Positions 9,218 through 20,085 of a DNA stretch of 64,000 nt are shown piece after piece; the first letter of the stretch is position 1, and the number at the start of each line of letters is the position of its first letter. Below the pieces are notes generated by a model. That model was not told the DNA's origin, ran no database searches, and worked only from the letters and a program-made list of their open reading frames with translations. The stretch is from Rebecca billardiae RCC1528 (taxonomy: Eukaryota > Protista > Haptophyta). The position numbers and the translations under genes were made by a program. The DNA lies in the NCBI GenBank assembly GCA_965240325.2, contig OZ251226.1, positions 1,426,001 to 1,490,000 on the forward strand, read 5' to 3'.

Positions 9218-11407
9218 GCGGGGCAGCCGGTGACGCCTGTCCCCTCGAGCCGCGCGCACGCGCCTCCGGGCGGGTGCCGCGTGGCAGGGCGCACCCGCGG
9301 GTAACACCGCGCGTGCGCCGTACCGCCAGCACGCCCTTCTCTCTCGGCTCGCGCCTCCGTACCGGAGTCTCAGGGGCCGGCGGCCGCGGCACGCGTCGGC
9401 CGAGGCCACGTGCGCGGTGCGCCGGCTGAGATTGAGCCGGCTCGCTTTGTCCAGCCTTGGCAGTCGCCTCAAATCAGCATCCGCCCACCGCATGGTATCC
9501 ATGACCACCCACAAATTGTCACCATCAGGATGCTCCCTGCTATAGCTATACTTGTCGATCGATCGTCTGCTGTCGTCCGTAGTAGACAGGTTGCACAGGA
9601 AACTGTCCTTGGTGTTACATTTCTCAGAGACGGCGCCTCTGAAGGATGGCGCCCGCCCACTCGCCGCTCGTGGGTGGCGCGCGCCTCGCGTGTCGATGCA
9701 GCCCCGCATGATGACTAGCTGAATGCGCGTGTCGTCAGGACTTGTCCGCGTGCGCTACATCCCTTGAGCTAGCACAGCCGGGACACCCTCGCCGTCGGCA
9801 GTGACTGTCATCATCCCAGCACACGTCGCGTGATGAGACGGCAAAGCCACAGCAGCATCACCCTCTCGACCAGGATCATCAGGCAGCTGGAGACAGTCCT
9901 CCCTTCGACGCGTCTCGGAGCGAGCGCACACGCCCGGCTCTATCTGCTTCACACCGCCCGCGCCATCCGCCTCGAGCCCGCCAACGCCCGTCACCACGCG
10001 CAGTATGGCAAACCGTCATGATCGGACCGAGCTCGTCGACGAGTGCAGCCTTCGCCAGCAGTGCCGCGCGCGAGCATTCGAGTTCGACAGTAAGTCGTCA
10101 GCGACTTGTGGGCCGGCGGGGAGATCCACGCGTGGCATGATAGCATGTAGGTCGTCAGCTCCTGCTCGGTGTACGCACGCGCTCTGCATCTGAACACTCG
10201 ATAGAAGCTTTCGATGATCACCATCGAGCTGTCTACGTGAGCCTGTGCGACCGTCTGCGCAACACCTCGCGCCTCACCCTTGGTGCTGCGCTCACGCGAG
10301 ACAAAGAAGGCTATGTAGGGCTCACTGACCATTCGTACAGTAAGAGCGTCCTTGCCGCAGCGAGTGACAGCTTCCTTCGCCCGCTCCTTAGCACTCGCCC
10401 TGCTGTTCTTGGGCGTGAGTGAGGCGTGGTGCCTCGTCAGCCTGCCGAGCAGTTCTTGTCGATGCGTGTCACAGCGCGGAAGCACGTGTGCGTTCGAGAG
10501 GCGTCGTGCGTGGATGCCGTTCTTCATGCTGACGACATAGACGGACTGCGTAGCGGCCATCTCCTCATCCAAGAGCCTCGAGCATGCCACGACTCTGACA
10601 CTTCAGCGCTCCGGCCGGCGCGCATGCACCATCAAGTGCAACCGAGCGATTGAGAGGTAGCCGCCGCCAGCTTTTCGACCCTCACCAACACGCGCTGGAT
10701 GAACATTGCAAGGTTGTCGCATTCTATGAGTGTCGCGTGTCTCCTCCCGCGACTGTTGCTGCGCAACGTGATGTGCAAGACCAGTCGCGCGCGCGCTCCA
10801 TCCAATGCATGCACAGCTGATGCATGGACGTGGCCGAGCGCAAGCACGCACGCGCGAGTCGTAGGCTGCGAACGTCGTGTGCGGCCAGACTGCGATGTGC
10901 ATGGCACGTATCCACCTTGCATTGCTACCTCTCTTCACACCGGGCCTGGAACTCTTCCAGGCTGAGACGGCCTGCTCTGCTGCCCTCTGCGACTCAGATG
11001 CCACGTGAACGTGCCGCGCGGCTGCGCGATGTCGCGATTGGAGCTCAAGGGTGGTTGACTTTCGGTACATGCTACTCAAGCAGGAAGAGGCCGATCGAGG
11101 CGCGGAGTGGCGCGCTGCACCCGCAACAGCGGGCATCGTGCAGCGCGCGAGAGCGCGCGCCGCTTCCGAGCGCACGGCGACGGCGCCATGTACCGAAAGA
11201 CGGGTGGACAGGTCGCGTCCACTGGGAATGTAACATCTGTCAGTCGCGGGCGGTCATTTTTCCGTGCAACCTGTCAGTAATAATAATATAACGTTCGGTA
11301 TAATAATAATACTAATTAACCCGGGTATATATATATATATTATCGAATAAGATCGATATCTCGCGTCGTAGTCGCGCAGCAATTTTATATACAGCATTGT
11401 AAGACGA

Positions 11408-12640
11408 CTACGGACTTGCTGGTAGCACGGTGAGCACGTGCGGCGACGGCTTGCCCGCCGTGCCCGCGTGCCCGCGTGGGGCCGTGTGACCTGTGCGGGC
11501 GAGCCGTGGCCCAGCAGCACGCCCGCGGTCAGAGTCGCGTGCTGAGTTGGTGGCGTTCGAGCGCGGTCGCCTCCAAGAGTTCGTCGTGCACGCTGAGGCG
11601 CAGCCCTCACACGCGACGCACCGCACAAAACCAGCCGTTGGCGTGCACTGCCTCGCACCCGCCACTGTCAGCCCGTGGCCGGTAGCATGCGTGGGATCAG
11701 TGTCCCCGAAATGATCGACTCCGGCATGAAGACAGGACAACGCGCGAAGGTAGGCGTTGCTCGTGTTGCCAGAGGCGATGTCTCGCATGATTGCATGCGA
11801 GCTGCGAGCGTCGCGCAGGTCAAGGAACTCTGTGCGCCAAGCTCCTCTGGGGCCCTGCGCGCTGTGCACGATCTGTACGCTGTCGTACCCCTGCCTACGT
11901 CCCTCTCGTACCAGGACTTGGTCGTACACCCCGCACGAAACCACGTGCTCGCCAATCTTTGGCGGGCACGCGTAGGACGGATCCCCGACTTCAAGCTCCA
12001 TGACGGCTTTGCAGAAGTCCAAACCGTGGCACCTGGTAGACGGACAGGACCCGTTGGCATCTGCCTTTAGGCGGAAGTACTTCTCGATCAGCAAATGCTT
12101 TGCACACAGCTCCACGTCTTCGCATGCCGTCACAGTCACCTCGCTGGACTGCATGAGCAGTCGGAGGACGATCGCGAGCTTGTGCGGACCAACGAACGTT
12201 CTTCCAGTGTCCCAATACGTGTCAGAGCACCCGCGAGCGTAATACATCCACACGCCGACGGTCTTGTCTTCGAACTTGTCGCTGACGTGTACGACAGGCA
12301 CGTGGACGTGCGAATTGCCAATCTCGGCGTTCAACTTGCAGCCTTCATGTGACCTTTCATGGGCATTGGGGAAGAAGCCAATGTCAGGCGGGGTCGCAAA
12401 CGTTGGCTCACGAGCAGGCGGCTTCTCGACCTCGCTTCGACGGAAGCACACTGGCCACACAGCAAGGAGCTGCACCAAAACCACGGCGTGCAGGGCGGCA
12501 GCCATGCTGCGGCCAGAGTTCCTTCTCATCAGTTCAATAATAAGGGCGTTCTCGGGCCCACAGCGGTCCCACAGGTCGCTGCTTGATTTATTCGTTTTTC
12601 GGACCCGGGCGATGGCGATTGGCGACAATGGCTCGCTCAT
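11408..12640 (-). CDS. Hypothetical Cys-rich protein with N-terminal hydrophobic anchor or signal (start at 12640 or 12505)
   Basis: Long ORF with protein-like composition. It has the hydrophobic stretch ALHAVVLVQLLAVWPVCF and the blocks GVWMYYARGCSDTYWDTGRT, GYDSVQI and TEFLDLR. These look like an uncharacterised algal family I recall but cannot verify. No function assigned. Confidence 0.6.
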   Translation of the reverse strand: MSEPLSPIAIARVRKTNKSSSDLWDRCGPENALIIELMRRNSGRSMAAALHAVVLVQLLAVWPVCFRRSEVEKPPAREPTFATPPDIGFFPNAHERSHEGCKLNAEIGNSHVHVPVVHVSDKFEDKTVGVWMYYARGCSDTYWDTGRTFVGPHKLAIVLRLLMQSSEVTVTACEDVELCAKHLLIEKYFRLKADANGSCPSTRCHGLDFCKAVMELEVGDPSYACPPKIGEHVVSCGVYDQVLVREGRRQGYDSVQIVHSAQGPRGAWRTEFLDLRDARSSHAIMRDIASGNTSNAYLRALSCLHAGVDHFGDTDPTHATGHGLTVAGARQCTPTAGFVRCVACEGCASACTTNSWRRPRSNATNSARDSDRGRAAGPRLARTGHTAPRGHAGTAGKPSPHVLTVLPASP

Positions 12641-12842
12641 CGGCGGGTGCGTGGCGGGCGCGCCGCGGCAGGGCTGAGCAGCCTGTCGGCGCGTGGGGTG
12701 ACGTGCCCGGCAGTATACGTCACCAGTCGGGTCGCGGTGCCTGCTGGCATCGTCCTCGGCCGCTCGCAGCTCAGGCGCTGCGCTGATCGGTACGCTCGCG
12801 CTCACGCTGTGCGCGCCGGCCGGGCCCAGCGCAAGCGCCTCG

Positions 12843-13477
12843 ATGAAGGCGGCTAAGGGCGTAAAGCCGTACTCGGATGAGGCGAAGGCGGAGACCTACG
12901 ACATATAGCGCGCGGTAGTTGCGCAGAAGGCGGCTGCCATGCGGTGGTGTTGGGGCGCGCGGCTGCGTGCTCGGCCGACGACAACGAGCCCTCTGGCGCG
13001 CTCGCATCATCGAAGTTGAGTGTGTTCACAGCCACGCCGGCGGGGATGCGCTGGAAGATTGCTCCAGCCTTCCGCGCCAACGTTGAGCTTGCCAAGCAGT
13101 AGTCGGCACGCCAGGCCGCCAAGCTCGCGCGCCTGCGTAAGCAGCACGAGGCCGAACTTGTTGACGTGCGCTAGGCTGAGGCGGTGAGGTTCGACGCGGC
13201 TGAGCTCGCCGACCAGCTCGGTATCCTTCCTGTGCCCGCCGTGGAGGTCGCCGCGCCGAAGCCGGACAACATGCGGCCCAATGGCCAGAATGACGCGTGG
13301 TCGTTGCGGGAATTCAACCAGAAGAAGGCCGTGCGAACTCCGCAGAAGGAGGCGGAGGCAGCGCGTGCGCGTGCTGGCCCGCGGTCCGTAAGTTCACCCG
13401 GTCGACGTCGACCTCTGTGCGAACGCCGGACGATACCCGCGGCGCAGGGTCTGGAGCTGACATCGACAGTCGCCTAG
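12843..13477 (+). pseudogene. Possible decayed coding fragment with in-frame TAG stops
   Basis: The frame reads ...MRWKIAPAFRANVELAKQ*SARQAAKLARLRKQHEAELVDVR*AEAVRFDAAELADQLGIL..., with TAG at 13100 and 13172 interrupting a coiled-coil-like sequence with coding-like codon usage. Confidence 0.3.
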
Positions 13478-13499
13478 TGAGCATGCTTACCTGCCCCTG

Positions 13500-13860
13500 A
13501 GGTTGGCTGCACTACACGCACGTGATGTCTGGAATGTATGATGCCGTCAGCCCGACTCGAATGGCCTACCAGGCCGCAGCTGCTAGCATAAGCAGACTCC
13601 GCGTGCGTGCTGAGCCTGAGAGCATGCAGTCCGAAAATGGTCGACGGTGCCCGCGGCAGCGCAGCCGCAGCTGCCGCCTGGGGCTGGCGCGGAAGCTGAG
13701 TGAGCATGTACGTCTGTTCCTGAGGTGGTCTACTGCACGTATGTAATGTCTATATATAGAATGCATGATGCCGTTAGCCCGACTCACACGGCTGGCACCA
13801 GGCAGCGGCTCTTACTCGGCGCGCGCGCTGAGAGCCCGCGGGTCCGAAAGTTGAAGCATG
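13500..13860. repeat. Diverged tandem duplication (period roughly 230 bp)
   Basis: atgtatgatgccgtcagcccgactc (~13534-13558) matches atgcatgatgccgttagcccgactc (~13761-13785). The motif gggtccgaaagttgaagca occurs at ~13840 and again at ~14052. Confidence 0.6.
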
Positions 13861-14229
13861 CCGTCCGCGGCCCCGACGTGGACCTCGTGGCGTCCGTGGG
13901 GCACATGGTATTGGAACAAAGTCGTCTAAATGGTACATAGCCGCTGGGTTGTACCTCAGGCACACCCTGGGGGTGCCGCCAGACGCGATCTCGAGCGCCG
14001 CAGACCCCCGGGAGCGCCGCCGCCATCGTGCACAAAAAGTGAACAGCAATCGGGTCCGAAAGTTGAAGCAGCGACCTACTGTGGTGTCTTTGTGCGGTGT
14101 GTCATGCAGGCGCCTGACCCGATTGTGCACGCAAACACTTCAAAGAATATACTGTACTCCCGGGCGGCGGTCATCGGGATGCACCCCTGGAGCTGTGATG
14201 CCTGCTTGGTCACTACCTATAGGCAGGCG

Positions 14230-14300
14230 TGAGCGCTATCACAGCAGCCATCGTCATCCGCGAGGGGATGTCGTCGGCGAGCAGCGTGGCGAGCAGCGGC
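14230..14300 (+). repeat. Copy of the kinesin 5' UTR/start-codon region
   Basis: gcagccatcgtcatccgcgaggggATGtcgtcggcgagc (14244-14282) matches gcagccatcgtcatccgtgaggggATGtcgtcggcgagc (17743-17781) with one mismatch. The flanking tgagcgct and gtggcg are also shared. Confidence 0.8.
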
Positions 14301-14451
14301 GGGCCGGCGCCGCGAATGACGCGCGCCGCCGCTACGCCTAATATTATTCAGCGCTGATGGCGCCGACAATATTAGCAGTTATTATTATAATATTTAGTGT
14401 AAATTACAATTTAATGAGGCTCCGCGCACTCGCACCACGGCACCAGCGGCG

Positions 14452-16291
14452 TCATCCCGCATCGTCGACTTCCTTGGGGACCGGTGGCCACGGCCAACGC
14501 GGAAGTGTTGAGGCGATGACGCTGGCGGCAAGCGCGACGACAAACCACACAACAAAGAACAAACGGCCCATCCCAAGCAGGTCGCCGGGGCCAAGCAGGC
14601 CGCCGCCGTGGGCACTGGCCTGCGCGGAGGCGCTGATGCAGGCGGTGTAGATCCAGCCGGCCACGACGGGGCCGACGGCGTTGCCGAAGCTCGAGGCCGA
14701 CTGGTTGACGCCAATGGCAAGGCCGACCTTCCCGGGCGGCACGCACGCCTTGGAGAGCAGCACCGAGCACTGCATCACCGCGTTGTTGCCAAACGCGCCG
14801 AGCGCGATGGCGATCGCCATGCACAGCACGATCAGGCCCACGCCCCCGCGCGCGGCCCTGCCCAGCGTCGGGTCCGGCAGGCCGCGGCCGGCATCGAGGG
14901 CCAGCGGGACGAGGAAGTCCACCGCGTTCGCGGCGAGGCCGAGCTGGAGCGCGTTCACCACGCCCACGCTGTTGACGAGCCGGTAGAAGAGGAAGAGCAC
15001 GCTGCACATGGCCGTCAGCCCGCCGACGGCCTGCAGCGCGCCAATCTCCTTGGCGCTCATTGCGTGCCCTCCGTGCACCGCCTCCGCCTGCGTGCAGGCG
15101 GTGCGAAGGGGCGCGGGGGCTCGTCACGCAGCGCACGCGGCGCACGCGCGCTTCGCACGTGCCGACGCCCGTCGCTGCGCGCACCGACAGGCGCACGGGC
15201 AGAATCTCGGAGAAGCCCGTGTACGTGGCGGTGAAGAGGACCTGCTGCAGCTGGAGCAGCAGGAAGATGCGGTTCTTCTTCTCGCCGCTGGTGCGCGCAA
15301 GGTGCACCTCCGAGGGCTGCTTGCTCAGCGCGAGCGTGCGCAGCAGCTGCGAGTGCGCCGTCGTCGAGTGCCGGTGCGACGACCGATCCGCCGCCGCGTG
15401 CTCGGCGTCTGCCTCCACTTCCCAATCCACCAGCTGGGTGCTCACACCTGCGTAGCTGCCTAGGGCGTCGAGGAGCGCGGAGTGGCCGCGGATGACCGCG
15501 TGTCCGTCCTCGTCAAGGTCGTCGGCCAGCGTGGAGCAGCTCGGCCGGCGCACGAGCAGCGACTCGGCGAGAAGGCCGCTCCCCTCTGTCCGCGCACCGC
15601 CCCAGCCGCCGCCCGAGCGCGTCTCTGGCAGCAGCGCGAGTGCAAAGCCGAGGTTGACGGTCGAGAAGGCGCACGACGAGGCGCACGGGAGCAGGTACGG
15701 GTACCGCTCGAGGAAGGGCCACGCCGACGGCTCGAACACCGACGGATACTGCGTCGTGGGCGAGGCGAGCATGCCGCCGAGCGTCGGGCCGACCACGACG
15801 CCAAGGCCCATCGCAAAGCCCACAAACGAGAAGACTCGCGCCTCGTTAGATGGGTCGGTGATGTCGGCCAGGTAGATCTTGCCCACGGTGACGCCGCCTG
15901 CCGACGCGCCTTGGAGCAGCCGGAACGTGAGCGCGCACACGAACGTTGGCGCCATCGCGAACGCGAGCAGGGCGAACGGTCCCACTGCCATGCAGAAGAG
16001 CATCACCGGCCGCCGCCCGAGCCTGTCGCTCAGGTAGCCGTACAGGGGCGAGACGACGAACTGGCCGAGCTTGTACGCTCCTGCGAGCATCCCCGCGTAC
16101 AGGCCCACCTGCGACTCGTCGATCGCCGTCAGCTCGCGCACGTAGAACGGCACGAACGGCACGACCAGCATCATGTTGAGCGCGTCGCCAAAGATGCACG
16201 CGACGACGACCATCACGCGCTTCCACGGGATGGGCGAGGGCGCTCCTAGCGAGGGTGCGAGAGGCGGCAACGAAGTCGTGAGCGGCGGCAT
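14452..16291 (-). CDS. Major facilitator superfamily transporter (DHA1/ZIFL-like); exons 16291-15185, 15087-14452
   Basis: MFS motif A GYLSDRLGRRPV, RLLQGASAG, YLADITDPSNEARVFS, GVVVGPTLGGML and ERYPYLLPC. It has about 12 hydrophobic segments and a long central loop. The intron donor could alternatively be at 15196. Confidence 0.88.
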
Positions 16292-16538
16292 GGGCACGCG
16301 GCTTGTTGGTGCCCGCCCGGGCGTGACAGCGCAGCGCGCAGCAAGCGGTCTCGGCGATCGCCGCCCACGGCTCACCGGCCAAGTTCCGGCCGAATCTGAA
16401 TTCGCTCCCCGAGTCCCGGACTAGCAACTCGTCGGCCGCCGGAAAAGGATCCACAGTCAAAGGATGACGAAAGGAACGGAAGGGGGGTTACTGTACAGTT
16501 TACTAAGAAGATTCAGAGAGACGCACCGGCAGCCACAG

Positions 16539-16960
16539 CAAGGGCGGTAAGGGCTGTCAACTCCCAGTGGCGCCGAACGAGTGGCGGAGGTTGGTTGCCC
16601 CTCAACTCGTGCGGCCTCGCGGCGCAGCGGCTAAGTCTCCTGGGGCGCCGCCCTGGAGGGCGCGTGGGGTGCGCACGCCGCGTGCTCCTGCGCCCGCGGC
16701 AGCGGCCGCGGACACGGCGCGCGTGGTTGGTCGCATGCTAGACAGCACGCAGTACCCTCCCACGCCGCGCGCCGCGCTCGCCGGCGCCCTCGCCGCGCCT
16801 CAGGCCAGCCGCGCACGCGCGCCGCACCAAGGGCCAGCCGTGGCCACGCGCCAGCCGGCGGCGCGCGCGCGGTGCGCGGTGCGGTCGGCGCGGGTCGGGC
16901 GCGCGCCCGGGGCGAGGCTCGCGTATGGTGGGCGCGCGCCATGCCGCCTCGCGCCGCCGC
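16539..16960 (+). repeat. Left arm of long inverted repeat
   Basis: Reverse complement of 17254-17675, differing by about one substitution and two small indels. The ORF track shows near-identical peptides (VAPQLVRPRGAAAKSPG...) on opposite strands. Confidence 0.95.
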
Positions 16961-17253
16961 GCTGACGCCCGCATGGGTCGGCGCGCACGCGTTTTCATGC
17001 TGTCGAGTGTGCATTGCCATGTTTGAAAATGCTCATGTTGAGACGATCATGGGAAGGCAGCGACGCGTGATAGACAAGCGCAGACCACTGATATGTGCAC
17101 GGCTAGCCTCCTACTATGGCACGCGAGTCCCCAAGTGCCCGCGTTCGTCGCACTGATGCGCTCACAGCCGCTTGTCCAAGCTCATTTCTGATGGCCGAGG
17201 AATGCTCGACGAGCACCCTTCAGCAGCCGCGTGGAACGTGATCAAGCTCGTGT

Positions 17254-17675
17254 GCGGCGGCGCGAGGCGGCATGGCGCGCGCCCACCATACGCGAGCTTC
17301 GCCCCGGGCGCGCGCCCGACCCGCGCCGACCGCACCGCGCACCGCGCGCGCGCCGCCGGCTGGCGCGTGGCCACGGCTGGCCCTTGGTGCGGCGCGCGTG
17401 CGCGGCTGGCCTGAGGCGCGGCGAGGGCGCCGGCGAGCGCGGCGCGCGGCGTGGGAGGGTACTGCGTGCTGTCTAGCATGCGACCAACCACGCGCGCCGT
17501 GTCCGCGGCCGCTGCCGCGGGCGCAGGAGCACGCGGCGTGCGCACCCCACGCGCCCTCCAGGGCGGCGCCCCAGGAGACTTAGCCGCTGCGCCGCGAGGC
17601 CGCACGAGTTGAGGGGCAACCAACCTCCGCCACTCGGCGCCACTGGGAGTTGACAGCCCTTACTTACCGCCCTTG
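17254..17675 (-). repeat. Right arm of long inverted repeat (spacer 16961-17253)
   Basis: Reverse complement of 16539-16960. Confidence 0.95.
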
Positions 17676-17766
17676 GCCACCCGGTGGAGCTTTGATGCCC
17701 GCTTTCTTGGCCGCAGGCGGGTGCCGGAGGCTCTGAGCGCTGGCAGCCATCGTCATCCGTGAGGGG

Positions 17767-20085
17767 ATGTCGTCGGCGAGCGTGGCGCGCGGCGGAGGCG
17801 ACGCGCCGGCGGTGCGCGTCTTCGTGCGCTTCCGCCCGCAGAACGCCCTCGAGGAGAGCGAGGGCGGGCACGGTGTGGTTAAGTACGTCTCGGAGCACGC
17901 GTGCGTCGTCAGCGGCTCGTCGAGCTTCACCTTTGATCGCATCTTCGCGCCCGACGCCTCGCAGGCGGACGTGTACGAGCAGACGGCGCGCGAGATCGTC
18001 GAGTCGGTGCTCGACGGGTACAACGGCACGGTGCTCGCGTACGGGCAGACCTCGTCCGGCAAGACGCACACGATGGAGGGGCCGTCGATCGACGACGTCG
18101 CGGCGCGCGGCATCGTGCCACGGATGGTCAGCACCCTCTTCGACGGCGTGCGCGCGGCGCCGCCCACCTCCGAGTTCGTGCTCGGCCTCTCCATGCTCGA
18201 GATCTACATGGAGCGCATCCGCGACCTGCTCGCCGAGCCGCCCTCCGCCGACGCGCCCGCACCCTCGCTCGCGATCCACGAGGACCGCTCGGGCGGCACG
18301 TTCGTCGCCGGCCTCACGCGCGAGTACGTGTCGAGCGAGGAGGAGGTGTTCGCGCTGCTGCGCCGCGGCGCGAAGGGGCGCGCGACGGGGGCGACGCGGA
18401 TGAACGAGGGCTCCTCGCGCTCGCACTCGGTCGTGCTCGTGCTCGTGCGCCAGCGAGACACGCTGAGCGGCTCGGTGCGCACCGGCCGACTCTGCCTCGT
18501 CGACCTCGCGGGCTCTGAGAAGGTGGCGAAGACGCAGGCGTCCGGGGTGGCGCTGAAGGAGGCGCAGACGATCAACAAGTCGCTGTCGGCGCTGGGCAAC
18601 GTGATCAACGCGCTCACCGCCGAGAGCGCCGCCGAGGGCCCCGCCCACGTCCCGTACCGCGACTCGAAGCTCACGCGCGTGCTGCAGGAGTCGCTCGGCG
18701 GCAACGCGCGCACCGCGCTCATCGTCACGTGCTCCGCTTCGTCATACAACGCGGACGAGACGCTGTCGTCGCTGCGCTTCGGGCAGCGCGCGAAGCGGAT
18801 GCGGAACAAGCCGGTGGTCAACCGCGAGCCCTCCGCGGGCGAGTACAAGGCGCTCCTCCTCGAGGAGAAGCGCAAGAGCGCCGCCCTGGAGGAGGAGGTG
18901 GGCGCCCTCCGGGCGATGCTCGGCGGGGCGGCGGAGGCGGGGGACGGCGGCGCGGCGGCGGAGGCGGCGGCGCGCACTGAGCAGCTGCGCTCGCTCATGG
19001 AGCAGCTCGATCGCGAGCGCGCCTCCCGCCTCGCCGCCGAGCACGCCGCGCGCGAGAGCGGCGAGGCGCTTCGGGCCGAGACCGCGCGCGCCGCCGACCT
19101 CGAGGACGAGTGCGCCGCGCTCGCCGACTCGACGACGCTGCTCGAGGCGGAGGCGGAGGAGCTGTACACGCGGCTGGCGACGGTGGAGGTGGAGCTGGAG
19201 AAGGCGGCGCGCGCGCGCGACGCGGCCGCGGAGGAGCGCGCCAGCCTCGCCGAGCAGCTCGCTGCACTCGCCGCCGCGGGCGCACCGGCCGCGGCCGGCT
19301 CGCGCCGCGCCGAGTGGGCGGCTGTGGCCGCGGCGAGGCGGCCGAGCGCGAGCTCGGTCGAGGGGTTCGCTCGGCGGCCGAGCGCGAGCTCGATCGAGCC
19401 AGTCGCGCGCCGGCCGAGCGCGAGCTCGATCGAGCCAGTCGCGCGCCGGCCGAGCGCCAGCTCGATCGTCGAGGCGGCCGCGCGCGCAGGCAGCGCGCCC
19501 GCCGCGGACGCGCCGCCCGCCGCCGCGGGCTCTCCAGCCCACGCGCCGGCGCCGGCGGCGCACGAGCTGGTAGCAGCGCGGGTGGACGCGCTAGCGTCTC
19601 GGTGCGGGGCGCTCGAGGAGGAGAACGCCGCGCTCTTCGCCGGGCTGCAGGCCAAGATCCAGCGCGTGATCGACCTCGAGATCGAGCTGGACGGCCGGAA
19701 GGAGGCGCAGCGGCGCATGCTCAACTCGCTGGGCGCGTGGGAGCTGTACGACGAGCTGGAGGAGCTGCGCTCTGAGCACGCGCGGCTGGGCGCGCGGCAC
19801 GCGCGGCTGGAGGAGGAGCACGAGCGGCAGCTCGTCGCGCTGCGTGTCGCCGAGGCGAAGGTGAGCACGCGCTCGCTGGCGGCGGACGCTTGGCACGCCT
19901 CGCACTCGGCCGGTGCTGGCGCGCCGGCCGCGTCGCCAGGCCACCACAGCACCGGCAGGGTGCACAAGCCTCGGCCGACGCTGCGCGGACGCAGCGGCAG
20001 CACCGACGCAGCGGCGGTGAGCGGCGTGGGCATGGCGACGGCGGCAACAACCCTCGGCGATCACTACTTCTCGTTCGTGTGGTGA
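17767..20085 (+). CDS. Kinesin heavy chain-like motor (kinesin-1-like), single exon, 772 aa
   Basis: VRVFVRFRP, P-loop GQTSSGKT, SSRSH, DLAGSE and HVPYRDSKLTRVLQESLGGN. A coiled-coil stalk follows. The tail LQAKIQRVIDLEIELD and VHKPRPTLRG resemble the kinesin-1 tail and the IAK-like region. Confidence 0.93.
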   Translation: MSSASVARGGGDAPAVRVFVRFRPQNALEESEGGHGVVKYVSEHACVVSGSSSFTFDRIFAPDASQADVYEQTAREIVESVLDGYNGTVLAYGQTSSGKTHTMEGPSIDDVAARGIVPRMVSTLFDGVRAAPPTSEFVLGLSMLEIYMERIRDLLAEPPSADAPAPSLAIHEDRSGGTFVAGLTREYVSSEEEVFALLRRGAKGRATGATRMNEGSSRSHSVVLVLVRQRDTLSGSVRTGRLCLVDLAGSEKVAKTQASGVALKEAQTINKSLSALGNVINALTAESAAEGPAHVPYRDSKLTRVLQESLGGNARTALIVTCSASSYNADETLSSLRFGQRAKRMRNKPVVNREPSAGEYKALLLEEKRKSAALEEEVGALRAMLGGAAEAGDGGAAAEAAARTEQLRSLMEQLDRERASRLAAEHAARESGEALRAETARAADLEDECAALADSTTLLEAEAEELYTRLATVEVELEKAARARDAAAEERASLAEQLAALAAAGAPAAAGSRRAEWAAVAAARRPSASSVEGFARRPSASSIEPVARRPSASSIEPVARRPSASSIVEAAARAGSAPAADAPPAAAGSPAHAPAPAAHELVAARVDALASRCGALEEENAALFAGLQAKIQRVIDLEIELDGRKEAQRRMLNSLGAWELYDELEELRSEHARLGARHARLEEEHERQLVALRVAEAKVSTRSLAADAWHASHSAGAGAPAASPGHHSTGRVHKPRPTLRGRSGSTDAAAVSGVGMATAATTLGDHYFSFVW
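19336..19470 (+). repeat. 36-bp coding tandem repeat x4 (RRPSASS[IV]...)
   Basis: RRPSASSVEGFA RRPSASSIEPVA RRPSASSIEPVA RRPSASSIV in the kinesin stalk. Confidence 0.9.

Noticed and set aside
16567-17623. Identical peptides on opposite strands suggesting a duplicated small gene
   Set aside because: They are a by-product of the inverted repeat, with non-ATG starts and low-complexity translations.
19336-19470. 36-bp repeats as a possible CRISPR array
   Set aside because: The repeats are contiguous with no spacers, lie in frame inside a eukaryotic kinesin, and have no cas genes nearby.
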